The translations under genes and the position numbers were made by a program. Below, piece after piece: positions 43,929 to 58,472 of a stretch of 64,000 nucleotides of DNA (positions are counted from its first letter, which is position 1; every line of letters begins with the position of its first letter). The notes under the pieces are model-generated. The model was given only the letters and a program-made list of their open reading frames with translations. It did not search any database and was not told the DNA's origin. This DNA comes from Eledone cirrhosa (lineage: Eukaryota), in the NCBI GenBank assembly GCA_964016885.1, contig OZ024742.1, forward strand, positions 38,936,001 through 39,000,000, written 5' to 3'.

Positions 43929-44680
43929 AGTTTGTCTGGTCTCTATAACGTATGTTAATTGCTCTGGTCTTCTTTTAGTCCATTGAGCGTTTGCCGCATA
44001 TCTCGAAAATTACGTTTCGCTTTGTTTTTGACCACAACCGAAATACGATCTCGCTGAAATTATATTTGTATTAATCTCCCGGGCCTAGCAATTAATTAGA
44101 CAATTCTATTTGACAATTCTATTGACTAATTAATTGCTTAAGTTTATTTAAAAACAACCCGGTCGAGAGCTTAATTCGATTTGTGCAGTTTTTTGCAATT
44201 CTTGCAATAATTTTACACATTCTGAATCCATCCGCCAAAAACCGGGGTTACCTCCCTTGCAGGGTAAACTTGTGGGGTAATCACTCCAACACTACTAATG
44301 CATTGGAACCCGCTCACCAGCTGAGAACAATACCTGTTGACGAAATGGCAGCCTTGTTCGATCGTTATACCAAAAGTTTACAATGAAAGCAGAGAGTATA
44401 ATTGATTTAGTTATCACAGAAACCTCCTACTGGATTATACCATCAACGTCCAGAAGGTCCAGGTAAATTCTTTTGTTAACCTGTTTAGCTTGCTTCGTTT
44501 TTTTGGCTCCGATGGCTGATAGCTTCATGACCGCCGTTTTCAGTTTGTCCGGCCTCTAAAACGTATGTTAATTGCTCTGGTCTTCTTTTAGTCCATTGAG
44601 CGTTTGCCGCATATCTCGAAAATTGCGTTTCGCTTTGTTTTTGACCACAGCTAAAATTCGATCTCGTTGAAATTATATTT
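43929..44680. mobile_element. Non-coding element of about 750 bp bounded by 139-bp direct repeats, in (TA)n
   Basis: 43929-44067 is repeated at 44542-44680 with about ten substitutions; TA runs on both sides. Confidence 0.78.
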
Positions 44681-44687
44681 ATATATG

Positions 44688-44876
<189 letters not shown>

Positions 44877-44949
44877 TTGTGTGTATCCCGGGTTCAATCG
44901 GGGGTAACCACAGTAAGTAAGGTACTCAATAAATATTTAATATAGAAAT

Positions 44950-45001
44950 GGCTTCTACGGGACTAGAACTGTTTCATTCGGAGGAAGTCATCAGGAAAGC
45001 C
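44950..45001 (-). ncRNA. Type I hammerhead motif (slightly degenerate) in short element 44884-45005
   Basis: GGCUUUC-CUGAUGA-CUUC CUCC GAAU-GAAA-CAG..CCG-UA-GAAGCC; paralogue of 58422-58472. Confidence 0.68.
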
Positions 45002-45462
45002 CTGATATGTATATATATATATATATACTACCAGAATGGCCCGGCGTTGCTCGGGATTCTAAACATAGACTGGCCTGTTTATCCCTCCTTTCTGAAACAG
45101 TACAGAGAAGTACGGAATACATCGGCCTTGCGACCGTCGAATAGCAGATTCCACTGACGATTTGTTTGCCCGCCTTGTTCTTTTTCTTGCCGCTTTCGCA
45201 GTATTTCGGCCAATGGAGTATCTCTTCCTTCGAGGCATAACCTAAAAGCAGGACGAAGTACATTAAGACTAACTGGTAGAGTAAGGAGTTAACTCGTCAG
45301 TGATGCATGTGATTTCCGAACCGTTGACTATGTAATTGCTAAGCCATGAGTAGCGTCTTAACCGGGGCTCGACGTTATAGCTATGTATCTATCTGCATTA
45401 CGACATTATGAAAACATTGACTTCGCTATCTCTGTGTGTGTGTATATATGTATATATATATA

Positions 45463-45510
<48 letters not shown>

Positions 45511-45601
45511 CAAAGGAATTGTGGTAAGGAACCAGATGGACCATAACGCACCAGAGTACTCAATACTTAGGGTAGTAGAGTGGGTAATAGGAAAAAGTCA
45601 T

Positions 45602-45695
45602 CCCCGACGGCAGAGCTCAAGCCGTTTCGAGGGCTATTTCTGGACTAAATTAGAATTTTTAGCCTGGTGAATAAATAGCCGAACTTGTCAAGGGG
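45602..45695 (-). ncRNA. Type I hammerhead, U3-A8 core, extended stem II (left arm)
   Basis: CCCC-UUGACAA-G UUCGGCUAUUU...AAAUAGCCCU C-GAAA-CGGC UUGAGCUCU GCCG-UC-GGGG. Confidence 0.78.
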
Positions 45696-45992
45696 TACTT
45701 CCTTATATGGGAAGATTGTAGTTGACTCCTACTCTCATTCGAATTACCTATTCTATAACTTCCCTCCTCCATTTTCTCCAGAACAATTTTTCGACTTTTC
45801 ATACACTATCCTTAGAATCTGCTGTATACATATCACTTTCAACGCTTGACCGGCTCCACTCACTCCCTCATTGTTCTACAGGCAAGTTCAGCCACCCCTA
45901 CCTCCCACCAAATGCCATGATAGACTTATTTGTGTTTACAACAAATTTTGACCAATCCTCTTGACAACTACAATCTTCCCATATAAGGAAGT

Positions 45993-46087
45993 ACCCTTGA
46001 CAAGTTCAGCTATTTATTCACCAGGCTAAAAGTTCTAATTTAGTCCAGAAATAGCCGTCGAAACGGCTTGAGCTCTGCCGTCGGGGT
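45993..46087 (+). ncRNA. Type I hammerhead, U3-A8 core, extended stem II (right arm)
   Basis: ACCC-UUGACAA-G UUCAGCUAUUU...AAAUAGCCGU C-GAAA-CGGC..GCCG-UC-GGGGU; predicted cleavage after 46082. Confidence 0.78.
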
Positions 46088-46097
46088 CATACTTTTT

Positions 46098-46150
<53 letters not shown>

Positions 46151-46538
46151 TTAGTCGAACCAAAGAGGGCTCCATAAGGATAAATATATATCAAATATAT
46201 AAGAATCCTAGAGCAAATATTATTTCCTCTCATTGCTGACGTATTATCTTCGCTTTTTTCCGTTCATTGCCAGGGAATGTCTTCACGAACCAAAGTATCC
46301 TCTTCCTGTTTTCCTTCGGCTGCAACTTTTTTTCGAAATATTTACTTCTACGTTTTATGTTTTCATAATGTCTTAATGCAGACAGCCAGACATACATACA
46401 GACAGACAGACATTCTCTGTTTTAGATATATAGATAAGTGTAAAAAGGTAAACAGAGATAACAAAAATAACAAAATCAAAACAGCACAGTACACGGTAGA
46501 AATATATTAGTTTAACGCTTGAAATAGCAGGAAGAGAG

Positions 46539-46574
46539 TCTTAATGTTTCGGACACCAGTCCTTCATCAGAAGA
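46539..46574 (-). ncRNA. Minimal type I hammerhead (stem III altered, probably CpG decay) in a short dispersed element
   Basis: UCUU-CUGAUGA-A GGAC UGGU GUCC-GAAA-CA-UU-AAGA; flanks are homologous to 58150-58305. Confidence 0.65.
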
Positions 46575-46687
46575 TAGAACTAGAAATAGAAGATAAATAG
46601 AAAGTAACGAGTGTTTAGAGGAAGGTGGAAAAGGCGTATTCTGTCGGCTATCTTGGAAAAGAAAATACATATCTAAAGTCTGTCTGA

Positions 46688-46903
46688 AGCCTGAAGGCTC
46701 ATTTGACCGGTGCTTATCCCGGTTCCATGGCGTGAAGCGACTGAGAGTACACACCCTGGACAGGACGCCAGTCCATCGCAGGGTTAAACCCCCAGCTATT
46801 GCTGGTACTCATTTTCAGTTGAGTATACTGGAGGAACGTGAAATAAAGTGTTTTGCTCAAGAACGCAACACGCAACCCAGAAATCGAACCTACGACATTA
46901 TGC

Positions 46904-46905
<2 letters not shown>
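46688..46905 (-). mobile_element. SINE with CORE-like and Meta-like domains, 5' truncated
   Basis: Minus strand: GGTTCGATTTC..TTGAGCAAAACACTTTATTTCAC..AACCCTGCGATGGACTGGCGTCCTGTCCAGGG..AGTCGCTTCACGCCATGGAACCGG. Confidence 0.7.
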
Positions 46906-46994
<89 letters not shown>

Positions 46995-47196
46995 TATATA
47001 TATATATAAATGGAAGTTTAGTAAAATCGAAGCTTCGGCTGTAGCCAAGCCGGCGAGAGCCAAGCACTCAATGAGGAATCTCAGAGTAATAACATTCGTT
47101 AGACGGCATGACAAATTGAAATCTGTGGCAGGTAGGCCCACCCATGACACCGGAGCAACGAGAAAAGTAACAGGTTAATAAAACAAACCCTATATA

Positions 47197-47254
<58 letters not shown>

Positions 47255-47623
47255 CTTCGTCCAATTGAGTTTGTCTCCTGATGATCGGATATTTCCAAAA
47301 TGCGAAAGAAAACTCATGGGGTAGAAACATAATTTTGGTATGCTTATACACATTTTTGTCTTCTAACTTTGATTTTGTACCTAATTGTCTATGGTTAACG
47401 ATATATCTAATCGATTTCCACGTGCTATTAGAATTGGTGGGTAAATATCCTATGGCTGTTGATCACGGATAGATAGTTATCGTTTATTTATCTATTGTTT
47501 CTTCATAGGTGCCTTTTAATCTTATAGCCCTGTTTAATTGGTTTATTGTGTGGTTGATTATGCTGATTGGGAGAGGAAATAATGTATATATTTTATCAAA
47601 TGATTCTATGGACATACTTTATC

Positions 47624-47697
<74 letters not shown>

Positions 47698-47701
<4 letters not shown>

Positions 47702-47904
47702 TTATTAAAATAACAGATTAAAGTTTAAGCAAAGAATCGCTGCTTTCACCCTTAACGGGATCTTCTGAAGATCCTGTTAAAGGTGAAAGCATCGATTCTT
47801 TGCTTAAACTTTAATCTGTTATTTTAATAAATATTTGCTCTACGGTTCTTATATATTTGATATATATTATCCTTATCGAGCCCTCTTTGGATTTTAGTCT
47901 TCAC
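47698..47904 (+). mobile_element. Fold-back hammerhead element: 68-bp inverted arms + 70-nt tail
   Basis: Arms 47698-47765 and 47767-47834. CUGAAGA-U CCU GUUAA AGG U-GAAA-GCA..UGC-UU at 47765-47805 lacks the 5' strand of stem I. The tail is homologous to the reverse complement of 46148-46225. Confidence 0.8.
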
Positions 47905-47939
47905 ATTTATTATTATTACTATATATATATATATATTAT

Positions 47940-47973
<34 letters not shown>

Positions 47974-48005
47974 GGGGAGAGAGAGAAAGAGAGAGTGCGA
48001 GAGAG

Positions 48006-48044
<39 letters not shown>

Positions 48045-48292
48045 GAGAGTGAGAGAGAGAGAGTGAGTGAGAGAGAGAGAGAGAGAGAGTGAGAGAGAGA
48101 GAGAAAGTGAGAGTGAGAGAGAGAGAGTGAGAGAGTGAGAGAGAGAGAGTGAGTGAGAGAGAGTGAGAGAGAGAGTGAGAGAGTGAGAGAGAGAGAGTGA
48201 GTGAGAGAGAGTGAGAGAGAGAGTGAGAGAGTGAGAGAGAGAGAGAGAGAGTGAGTGAGAGAGAGAGAGTGAGAGAGAGAGAGAGAGAAAGT

Positions 48293-48329
<37 letters not shown>

Positions 48330-49213
48330 GGAGATATGAGGTGGCGAGAATGCTTTGCTGTATTCGTCCCAACTCCTTGCTTCTCTGAGGTTTACTTTGC
48401 CTAAGTACCAGTCATATCCTCGGTTCCTCTCTTTCTTTGTGACTCTTTCCCACTTCCTCTCTTCACTGGATCAACCCCACTTTATCCTGACACACTGCAT
48501 GTTACAATGGCGCCACTATGACTCCATTAGGAGTTACGGGCACACACACACACACACGCGCGCGCACACATACACACACGCACATACACACACACACACG
48601 CGCGCGCGCGCGCACACATACACACACACACGCACACGCATACACACACACGCACACACATACACACACGCACATACACACACACACACACGCACACACA
48701 TACCCATACACACACACGCGCGCACACACACACACGCACACACATACACATACACACGCGCGCACACACACACACGCATACACATACACACACACACACA
48801 CGCGCGTACACACGCACACATACACACACACACGCACACACACACACACGCACACATATACACATACAAACGCGCGCACACACACGCACACACATACACA
48901 TACACACACGCGCACACACACGCACACATATACACATACACACGCGCGCACACACGCACACACACACGCGCGTACACACGCACACACACGCACACACACG
49001 CACACACGCACGCGCACACGCACACACACACGTATATCTGATACATTGTATATTATGTGGGCATGAATGTACATGTGTATATATGTAACGATAAACAGTG
49101 AATATATATAATCTACACATACATACAGTGAATATATATATATAATCCATACATACATGCATACATACATACATGCATACATACATAAATGTATACATAC
49201 ATACATACATACA
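47905..49213. repeat. (TA)n, (GA)n, (CA)n/(CG)n and (CATA)n low-complexity tracts
   Basis: Read directly; one short unique stretch at 48335-48540. Confidence 0.88.
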
Positions 49214-51930
49214 TTCAAACACAAAAAACCCTCACTCCTCACCAACAAAGAGTGAAAAATAAAATAGGGACGATGTTTGGTAACAGTAGAACCAGAACTC
49301 TCCAATATAAGCTGATCACCCTCAAACAAGAATTGAGAGCTGTTAGCGAAAAACGCCGATACCTGAAGAAGGTAGATGAGAGAAAAATGCTTAATAAAAG
49401 ATTCAGACGAAACCAAACATCAGTCTATAGAGATATGAAGGGCAAAATAATAAGTGTCACTGAGGCCCCATCCCAGAAAGACATAGATTCCTTTTGGAGA
49501 AAAATATGGGGGGAAAAGAAGAATTTCAACCAAGATGCAGTGTGGCTTAGAGAAATCCGAAAGAACTATTGCTCCTACACTACAACAAAAACATACGAAA
49601 TAAGTGAGGGTACCCTTGAGACTGTGATAGGAAAACTCCAAGATAAGAAAACACCAGGAAGAGACATGATTGTCGACTACTGGTACAAAAAACTAATATT
49701 CTATCGGAGGTATCTTATTGACCTCTACCAACAAGTTCTTAAGGGAGATACACTTATACCAGAATGGTTGACATTAGCACAAACGTTACTGGTCCCCAAG
49801 AACAAAGATACCCACTTTGCAAAAAACTACCGAGCCATTGCATGCCAGAACCTGATGTATAAGATGTATACAACCTGCCTGAACCTATTCCTCCAAGATC
49901 ACTGTGAAAATAATAATATCATCACAGATGAACAAGCAGCTGGAAAGAAAAGGGTTTGGGGATGTGCTGAACAACTCCTAATCAACAAAACTGCGATGTC
50001 GGAGGTGCGACAACTTAGGAGGAATATGACTACAGTCTGGCTGGACTACAAGAAAGCTTTCGATTCTGTTCCCCACTCTTGGATGATAGAGGCCCTCCAA
50101 CTTGCTAAAGTCCCAGACATTATTGTCAGAGCCATAGAGAGGCTGTCTTCTTCTTGGGCTACTATCCTAAGGTTAAAGACAGAGAGGGAGGACTCTATTT
50201 TCACTGATAAAATAAAATATTGCAGGGGTATATTTCAGGGGGACAGTCTCTCTGTGATATTGTTCATCTTGTCATTAAACCCCTTGTCCTTTCTGCTCAA
50301 GAAATGTGAGGGATACATCATTGGCTCACAGGAGGACAGAAATACGAACCTAACTCATAACTTTGTGGACGATCTGAAACTCTATGCCAAGAACATGGAT
50401 GGGATGAAGAAAAATCTTGACCTGGTTACAACGTTCTCAAAGGATATAGGAATGGAGTTTCGCCAAGATAAATGCTCATACATGACTGTAAAGCGGGGAA
50501 AAACAACAACCCAATCTAGCAACATTGTCATCAATGGTCTAACTATTTCACCGATATCTGATGAGGACTGCTACAGATACCTGGGGATAGATGAGAACAT
50601 ATCCTATAATGGTATCTGTAATAAAGAACGCGTAACCAGGGAATACTACACCCGATTAAGAAAGATCTGGTCATCGGAACTCTCTGCGCAAAACAAAACA
50701 GTGGCTCACAATGTGTTTGCTGTGCCTGTCCTAACACCAACGTTTGGAATACTCAATTGGACGATAGACGAAATCCGAGCAGTTGATGTTGGAACTCGAA
50801 AAATACTGAACAACACCGGAAACTTCCACATCAACAGTGACATAGACCGCCTTTACTTGAAACGTAAGCAGGGAGGCAGAGGCCTAACATCAGTCCAGAC
50901 AACATTTGAATGTCGCATCATATCTCTCCGACAACATCTACGAACCTCGAAGCGTAGGAGCCCGCTTCTCGAGCACGTCTATCTGCATGAAACAGATAAG
51001 ATCATGAGAGCTGGGAAGGAACTCCTTGAGAGATATTCCCTGTGTGATAATCAAAAACTCACACCCAGGGATGTCGCTCAGCAGTATCGCAGTGAATCCA
51101 TGGATGAAAAACTGCATGTCTATCAGCAAAAAATCATGCATGGATATGTTGCCAAGAAGCTCCAGAGTGAGAGTAATATAGATAAGGAAAGTAGTCTATC
51201 TTGGACCAACAACCGCTATATTGGCTCCCACTTTGAAGGATACGCTTTTGCAATCCAAGAACAGGAGATTAGCACGAAATACCTGATTCACAAAAGAGAT
51301 AGGGATGCAGGCAAAACACCTAGATGTGATAACAAGTGCAGACTCTGCAGAACTAACATCGAGGATATCACCCATGTCATCAGCAGCTGTCCAAAGATGT
51401 CATCGCGGTACTATCTACCTATGAGGCATGATGTAGTGGCCAAAACACTGTACAATGCAGTTCGTAAAAAAGATAGCCGCGATAATAAACACATTAAAAG
51501 CTACAACAATGTGGAAGACATCCATGTACATAATATGAAAGAGTACTGGTGGAATGTTTCAGTAAAAACCCCAATAAAATGCAGGCATAACAGACCAGAT
51601 ATTATGATATGGGACAGGGAGAAGAAAACATGCACAGTAGTGGAAATTAGCTGCCCAGCAGATGCCAATATAATATCAAAGTTTAGTGAAAAGGAGAACA
51701 TTTATGCAGAACTGATGAGAAATCTGTAGATACTCCACCCCGATTACACCTTCAGATTTATGCCTGTGATTGTTGGGGCACTGGGATATCTTAGTAACTG
51801 CCTCAATACAAATCTTGAGAAGCTGGGCTTCACAGGAACAGAAAGAACACAACTAGTTAGGAAACTACAAGTACAATCCATTAATGGAACAATAAAAATA
51901 TGTAAAACATTCCAAAAATGTTGCATCTAA
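49213..51930 (+). pseudogene. RT-CCHC-RLE ORF of copy 2; open to TAG 51727, then 66 more in-frame codons
   Basis: RT motifs as in copy 1; CRLC..HVISSC, RHD, RPDI..VEISCP..KENIY. After the TAG: ILHPDYTFRFMPVIVGALG...KCCI*. Confidence 0.92.
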
Positions 51931-52166
51931 TAACTGCATATACACATGTACAGATACAAAGCATATACACATGCACACATACAACTCAAAACATCCACAT
52001 CCACACATACAATAACATCCATACCTACACATGCATGCATGCAGACATACATACATATTTACCTAGTTGATGTTGTGTAAATTCCAATGAGAGAGTCGTG
52101 TGTCTATGTTAGAAACCGACTCTCTCTCTATTGGTAAAACTTTGTGAAATTATAAAACCAGAAGAA
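49214..52166 (+). mobile_element. R4/Dong-like RLE non-LTR retrotransposon, copy 2 (5' truncated)
   Basis: Near-identical reverse complement of 30560-33402; flanked by (CATA)n on both sides; same 3' end ...AAAACCAGAAGAA|CATACATAC. Confidence 0.93.
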
Positions 52167-53750
<1,584 letters not shown>

Positions 53751-54202
53751 AATGCAGCTGTATATGGGGAAAAAATAAAACAAAATCATAAACGAAACAT
53801 AAATTCCCAGAAGACGGAAAAGAAGGAAGTATTTAAAATAAAAATGGCTGTAAAAATAAAAATTAAAATAAAAGAAAAAACAACAATAAACCAAAAATAA
53901 ATATTAGCATGAAACAAAAGTCAAAGGAAAAATAAAACAAAGAGCAATGTACTTAAATATCTTATCCATTCAATCAGCTTACAGAAAAATCTGGTTGCCT
54001 TTTCTCTCTTAGATTTCTTCGTCATCTCATGGACGCTGTATGTCAGAATGGTTTGACAGCTATTTCTAGCAGGCCATGCAACCACGTAAGCTTTCCTATG
54101 CAGGGTTCAAGAAAATCATTTATTGAGATTCATGTAAGATTAACCAATATAATTCAATTTCAGAAGTTTTATTTATAAGATCATATACGACATACTATAG
54201 AC

Positions 54203-54348
54203 ATAGGCATGGTTGTGTGGTTAAGAAGTTCATTTTGCAGTCATTAAATCGTGGGTTCGATCCCACTACGTGGTATTTTGGGCTAGCGGGTCGACTCATG
54301 CCTTGTGAATGAAATTTGGTAGACGGAAATTGTTTGGAAGCCTATCGG
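54203..54348 (+). mobile_element. tRNA-derived SINE resembling octopus OR-type SINEs, diverged
   Basis: TGGTTGTGTGGTTAAGAAG A-box, GGTTCGATCCC B-box, tail TTTGGTAGACGGAAA..GAAGCC. Confidence 0.65.
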
Positions 54349-54703
54349 AAGGGCTGTATCTGTAAGTGAAAGTTGCAGCCTTGTCATCCTGTGTCACTCT
54401 GATTCCACATCGAAATGAGCGTTGCCATTGCTAGCAATATTCGCTAGGCTTTTGTTTTTCTCAACGTCCATTAACATGGTAGTTTACTAATGGTAGAGTT
54501 GCAAGGTGCAATGTGTCCGAACACGGAAGAGCCGCACTCCCACCGTCATCGCCTCCATCTCTCTCACCCTCTCACCTCTCTGTACAGTGAGTAAATGGGG
54601 TCCCACATGTTGGCCTCCCCACAGCCCCGGCGGACAGAATGGAGAAGGCGTTTCCCCGGAGGATGGTAAGGGAGATGCGCTGGAAGAGTCATTCCAGCTC
54701 GCG

Positions 54704-54889
54704 AGACTCACACCTGCGGCTGGCCAGCTCAGCGCCTATGGTGGTGAGTAGACTCACACGTGCGGCTGGCCAGCTCAGCGCCTATGGTGGTGAGTAGACT
54801 CACACGTGCGGCTGGCCAGCTCAGCGCCTATGGTGGTGAGTAGACTCACACATGCGGCTGGCAAGCTCAGCGCCTATGGTGGTGAGTAG
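54704..54889. repeat. 46-bp GC-rich tandem repeat, 4 copies
   Basis: AGACTCACACGTGCGGCTGGCCAGCTCAGCGCCTATGGTGGTGAGT starts at 54704, 54750, 54796 and 54842. Confidence 0.95.
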
Positions 54890-55501
54890 GGAGGTAAATG
54901 ATGTTAAGGAAACATGTTTCTGTGGAATACTCAGCTCCTTTGCGCACTAATTCAACGAGTAAGGACAAGCCATGCCACACAAGCTGTCACATTGAACCTT
55001 CCTGGGAATTACGCTAAGGGTACACGTTATGGAAATGTTCAACTATTTACACGTTAATTTCATGAGCAACAGGCTCATAAATGAGCAACAAGAGAAAGGC
55101 TCATCGTCGAAACCGACGTGTGTCCATTCTTCTCTTTGTCATCTACTGTTGTTCCGTTCAGAATTAATCTAACAAAAACATCTTCATTATTCCTCTTTTT
55201 GCTTGATACTTTATTCACAATGTTATGTTAAAATCTACTCATTTTCTTCTTCCGTTCATATTCACAAACAGCTTCCTATTTTCACGCCTCAGTTATCTCC
55301 TTAGTGTGTTTATATCCTTGTTTGTTTGGGTGCGCACGCATTAACACACGTTCATATATTCTTCTGTATGTGTTTGTACATATATATGTATATGTATATG
55401 TATATGTATATTCTTATATAAATAAATATCTATATCTATATCTCTCAATCTACATCTCTCTTTGTATCTCTCTTTATCTCCCTCCTCTCTCCCCCTCTCT
55501 G

Positions 55502-55541
<40 letters not shown>

Positions 55542-55569
55542 GATGATGTTTCATTTACATGTATTTAGA

Positions 55570-55653
55570 TTTTACGCGTTTCGCAGAGGATTGGCTCAGG
55601 GTCACCCATATGAGTTATGGACCCGACTCCATTATCGATCTGCTCTTCAGACT
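55570..55653 (-). ncRNA. Hammerhead core with long stem II and weak stem I, in a 145-bp island between (TA)n runs
   Basis: CUGAAGA-GCAGA...UCUGC-GAAA-CGCG-UA; palindromic stem III ACGCGU; stem I pairs poorly. Confidence 0.65.
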
Positions 55654-55678
55654 GGCGATGCGACAAAAATATCACCTA

Positions 55679-55738
<60 letters not shown>

Positions 55739-55743
<5 letters not shown>

Positions 55744-56057
55744 AAAGAATAGAGGTGTAACACACAAGTTATTATATATTGGTAAACGGAATAGTAAATG
55801 CTGACAAATTGTTCACAGTTGAAAAATGGTTTAATTAGGAATAAAAGAGTATTAGTGATTGTATGGGTTAGCAAACAACACGGACACTCTATCTCAAAAT
55901 TATTTTTGAAAAGCATTTAGAAATGCGCAACCGGTAAAAACTTAAAAACTTAAAACCACAACTGAATACTAAACCATACAATTACTAATACTCTTTTATT
56001 CCTAATTAAACCATTTTTCAACTATGAACAATTTGACAGCATTTACTATTCCGTTTA

Positions 56058-56066
<9 letters not shown>
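55739..56066. mobile_element. Tail + about 98-bp inverted arms + spacer with a U3-A8 hammerhead, in (TA)n
   Basis: Arms about 55775-55871 and 55968-56066; 35-nt tail. UUU-UUGAAAA-GCAU UUAGAA AUGC-GCAA-CCGG-UA-AAA at 55903-55939, with GAAA mutated to GCAA. Confidence 0.78.
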
Positions 56067-56093
<27 letters not shown>

Positions 56094-57447
56094 GTGTGTG
56101 CGTGCTCGTGCGAATCTGTGTATGTGTGTGGGGTAAAGCCGCATAAAGAATCTACAACTAAACGTCCAAACAACATCTTTAAAATCTAAAGTGCTTAGTA
56201 AAATCTTTATAATTGAAATTTTAATATATTTTCATTAAAATGTAGATTCTATTGTTCATTTTCAACACAGCCATCAACATTTCCAGATAAATTCGACGGC
56301 TTATCTCTTTCACAATAACCTTTACTTCCTGTCTCCATCTTTAAACTAATCTACTCTTTTCTCACGTCTAATATCTTCTATATCTTATGAAAACATTCAT
56401 TTGCGTTGTTGATTTCTTTGGGGCTATTGTTCATATAATTGTTTGTTTGTCATATTTATGTTTGTAATTAAGAAATTATGAGTTGTTTTTGGTGTAGTTG
56501 TTGTTGTTCTTGTTTGCTGTCGTTGATTAATATTTGTGTTGTCGGTAATCTTTGCATATCTTTTCTTAATACAATTCACAAGGAAATTCAGTGTGACACA
56601 GGTACAACTCATTTTTTCCAGCTGAGTAGACTGCACCAATATATAATAGAGTATCTTGCTCAAGGACAACACATTTTTCATATTTGCTTATTAGTTATTT
56701 ATGTTTGGTTTAGAACAGTAGCGGTCCTAAACCAATAAGTCTATAAACATTTTGAGATCTTCACAGCCCTATTTTCAGAATAAGAAAGTTTGTAGTGTTT
56801 GCGTGTTGTTTGCAAGCTTTGCAGTGGTTTGAAAGGATCGTAGGAGTGCTAGTAAAATCCTTAACTCTGGATTTAAAATATCACTCGCCGGTTACGGATG
56901 ATTAGTGCTACCCAGTCATTTGGGAATTCTATGTTCGGGTGTGTTGGCTTGAGAGATTATGGGCCAGAGAGGGTTATTTTGATTGTGCCTCATAAGTCTG
57001 CCGTTGATATGCGCAGGTTTAAACATCTCATATACTGGAAAGAGTATATCGCACTTGAAGGCGGAGAATGGGCAGAATCATTAGAGCGTCAGATGAAAAA
57101 TGTTTCGGTATTTGTTCTGGCTCACTGCACTCTGAGTTCAAAGCGTACCGTGGTTAAGTTCTATAAAAATGTATCAGTCTAAGTACTGAGGTTGGTTCTT
57201 CCACATTTCTCTCCCACTCTCATTCGCTGGGACAAATTCGCTCCGCTTCGTTTAAAATCCCCAAGAAACACTGCGTGTCATGACGGTGCCTCCACAACTC
57301 CATTAAGAATCAAGGGTTCCCTATATAGTATAAGTTTGGCTTTAAGTTGAGCAGTGTTGCTTCTCCGACTTTTCTAGAATTTGTGATTTTCCTGGAGTAT
57401 ATTATTTATTTTTGTAACATATTCCTTTAAACGAAATTATTGCAGTA

Positions 57448-57620
57448 TTCGGTAGAAGGTCGGACGCCATGCTTTGCAGCATAGGGTTACGGCCCTTTTC
57501 AGTCTGAGTTCAATTCCTGCCGAGGTCAACTTTGCCTTTCATCCTTGCGGGGTCGATAAAATAAAGTACCAGTAATACACTGGGATAATTTCTGGCCTTG
57601 TGTCAAAATAGAAACAATTA
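57448..57620 (+). mobile_element. tRNA-derived SINE (Nin-like core)
   Basis: CTGAGTTCAATTCCTGCCGAGGTCAACTTTGCCTTTCATCCTTGCGGGGTCGATAAAATAAAGTACCAG. Confidence 0.8.
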
Positions 57621-57857
57621 TTTTTGCAGTTTTCCGCACTAGTCCATATTTCTGTGGTCGTCTGGACATAATTTTCTTCCATGATGAAATCCGAAAGATA
57701 TTAATGTCTGGCCTCGACAGATGGACAGATTAATCTATATAAACTAATTAATTAGAACATTTCCTTTATTAAAAATGATAAAGTAGCCACAATTGTTGTT
57801 ATATTGGCGATGAGGATGGCTATTCGGTAGAAGTCTAATTCCCCCCTCTCCCTCACA

Positions 57858-57926
<69 letters not shown>

Positions 57927-58179
57927 CACACACACATTCACACTAACTCATGCTTACGCACGTGCTCAAGTATCGCTCTTTTTACAAAACTTTTTTTTCC
58001 ATTTCAGGTAGACGCGCTCCATCATCCACTTTTCTAAAAAAAACAAATCATACACAAAACGTCAGCACCAAGAGTTTTGCAAGAGATGTCAACATGAAAG
58101 GACCTGTTATTTTTATCTAAAGACATTTTTTCCAATTCCAACCCTCCCGTCTCCTCAATCTATTTTATTTCTCATTCTT

Positions 58180-58215
58180 TCTTCTGATGAAGGACTAGCG
58201 TCCGAAACGTTAAGA
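58180..58215 (+). ncRNA. Minimal type I hammerhead ribozyme motif
   Basis: UCUU-CUGAUGA-A GGAC UAGC GUCC-GAAA-CG-UU-AAGA with palindromic ACGU stem III. Confidence 0.8.
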
Positions 58216-58300
58216 CCCTCTTCCTGCTATATCAAGCGTTAACCTAATATATACCTTCCATATACTGTACCGATTGTGTTGTTATTTCTGTTTACCTTTT

Positions 58301-58336
<36 letters not shown>

Positions 58337-58421
58337 GTAGATCCCGGGTTAAATCGGAGATAACCACAGTAAGTAAGGTACTCAATACGTAGCAGAGTCA
58401 AAAGTAATTTAATATAGAAAT

Positions 58422-58472
58422 GGCTTCTACAGGACTAGAACTGTTTCATTCGGAGGAAATCATCAGAAAGCC
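58422..58472 (-). ncRNA. Type I hammerhead ribozyme motif in element about 58340-58780
   Basis: GGCUUU-CUGAUGA-U UUC CUCC GAA U-GAAA-CAG UUCUAGUC CUG-UA-GAAGCC. Confidence 0.8.

Larger units (their letters stand above)
45509..46102. mobile_element. Penelope-like non-autonomous element: tail + 138-bp inverted arms + 240-bp spacer, in (TA)n
   Basis: Arms 45587-45724 and 45965-46102, unique tail 45509-45586. Each arm contains a hammerhead. Confidence 0.82.
45028..46434 (-). mobile_element. Possible non-autonomous Helitron termini enclosing later insertions
   Basis: Minus strand starts A|TCTATATATCTAAAAC + (TGTC)n at 46434 and ends with the hairpin CCCGAGCAACGCCGGG then GTAG|T at 45028. Whether both ends belong to one element is uncertain. 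Confidence 0.4.

Noticed and set aside
47274-47320. CUGAUGA...GAAA-G AAAA C-UC hammerhead candidate
   Set aside because: Stems I and II pair poorly; possibly a decayed copy but not supportable.
55798-55835. CUGACAA...GAAA in the left arm as a hammerhead
   Set aside because: C3/A8 mismatch and no convincing stem I or III.
57230-57345. Tc1/mariner-like terminal fragment
   Set aside because: Only a vague recollection of the motif; no partner TIR or transposase in the window.
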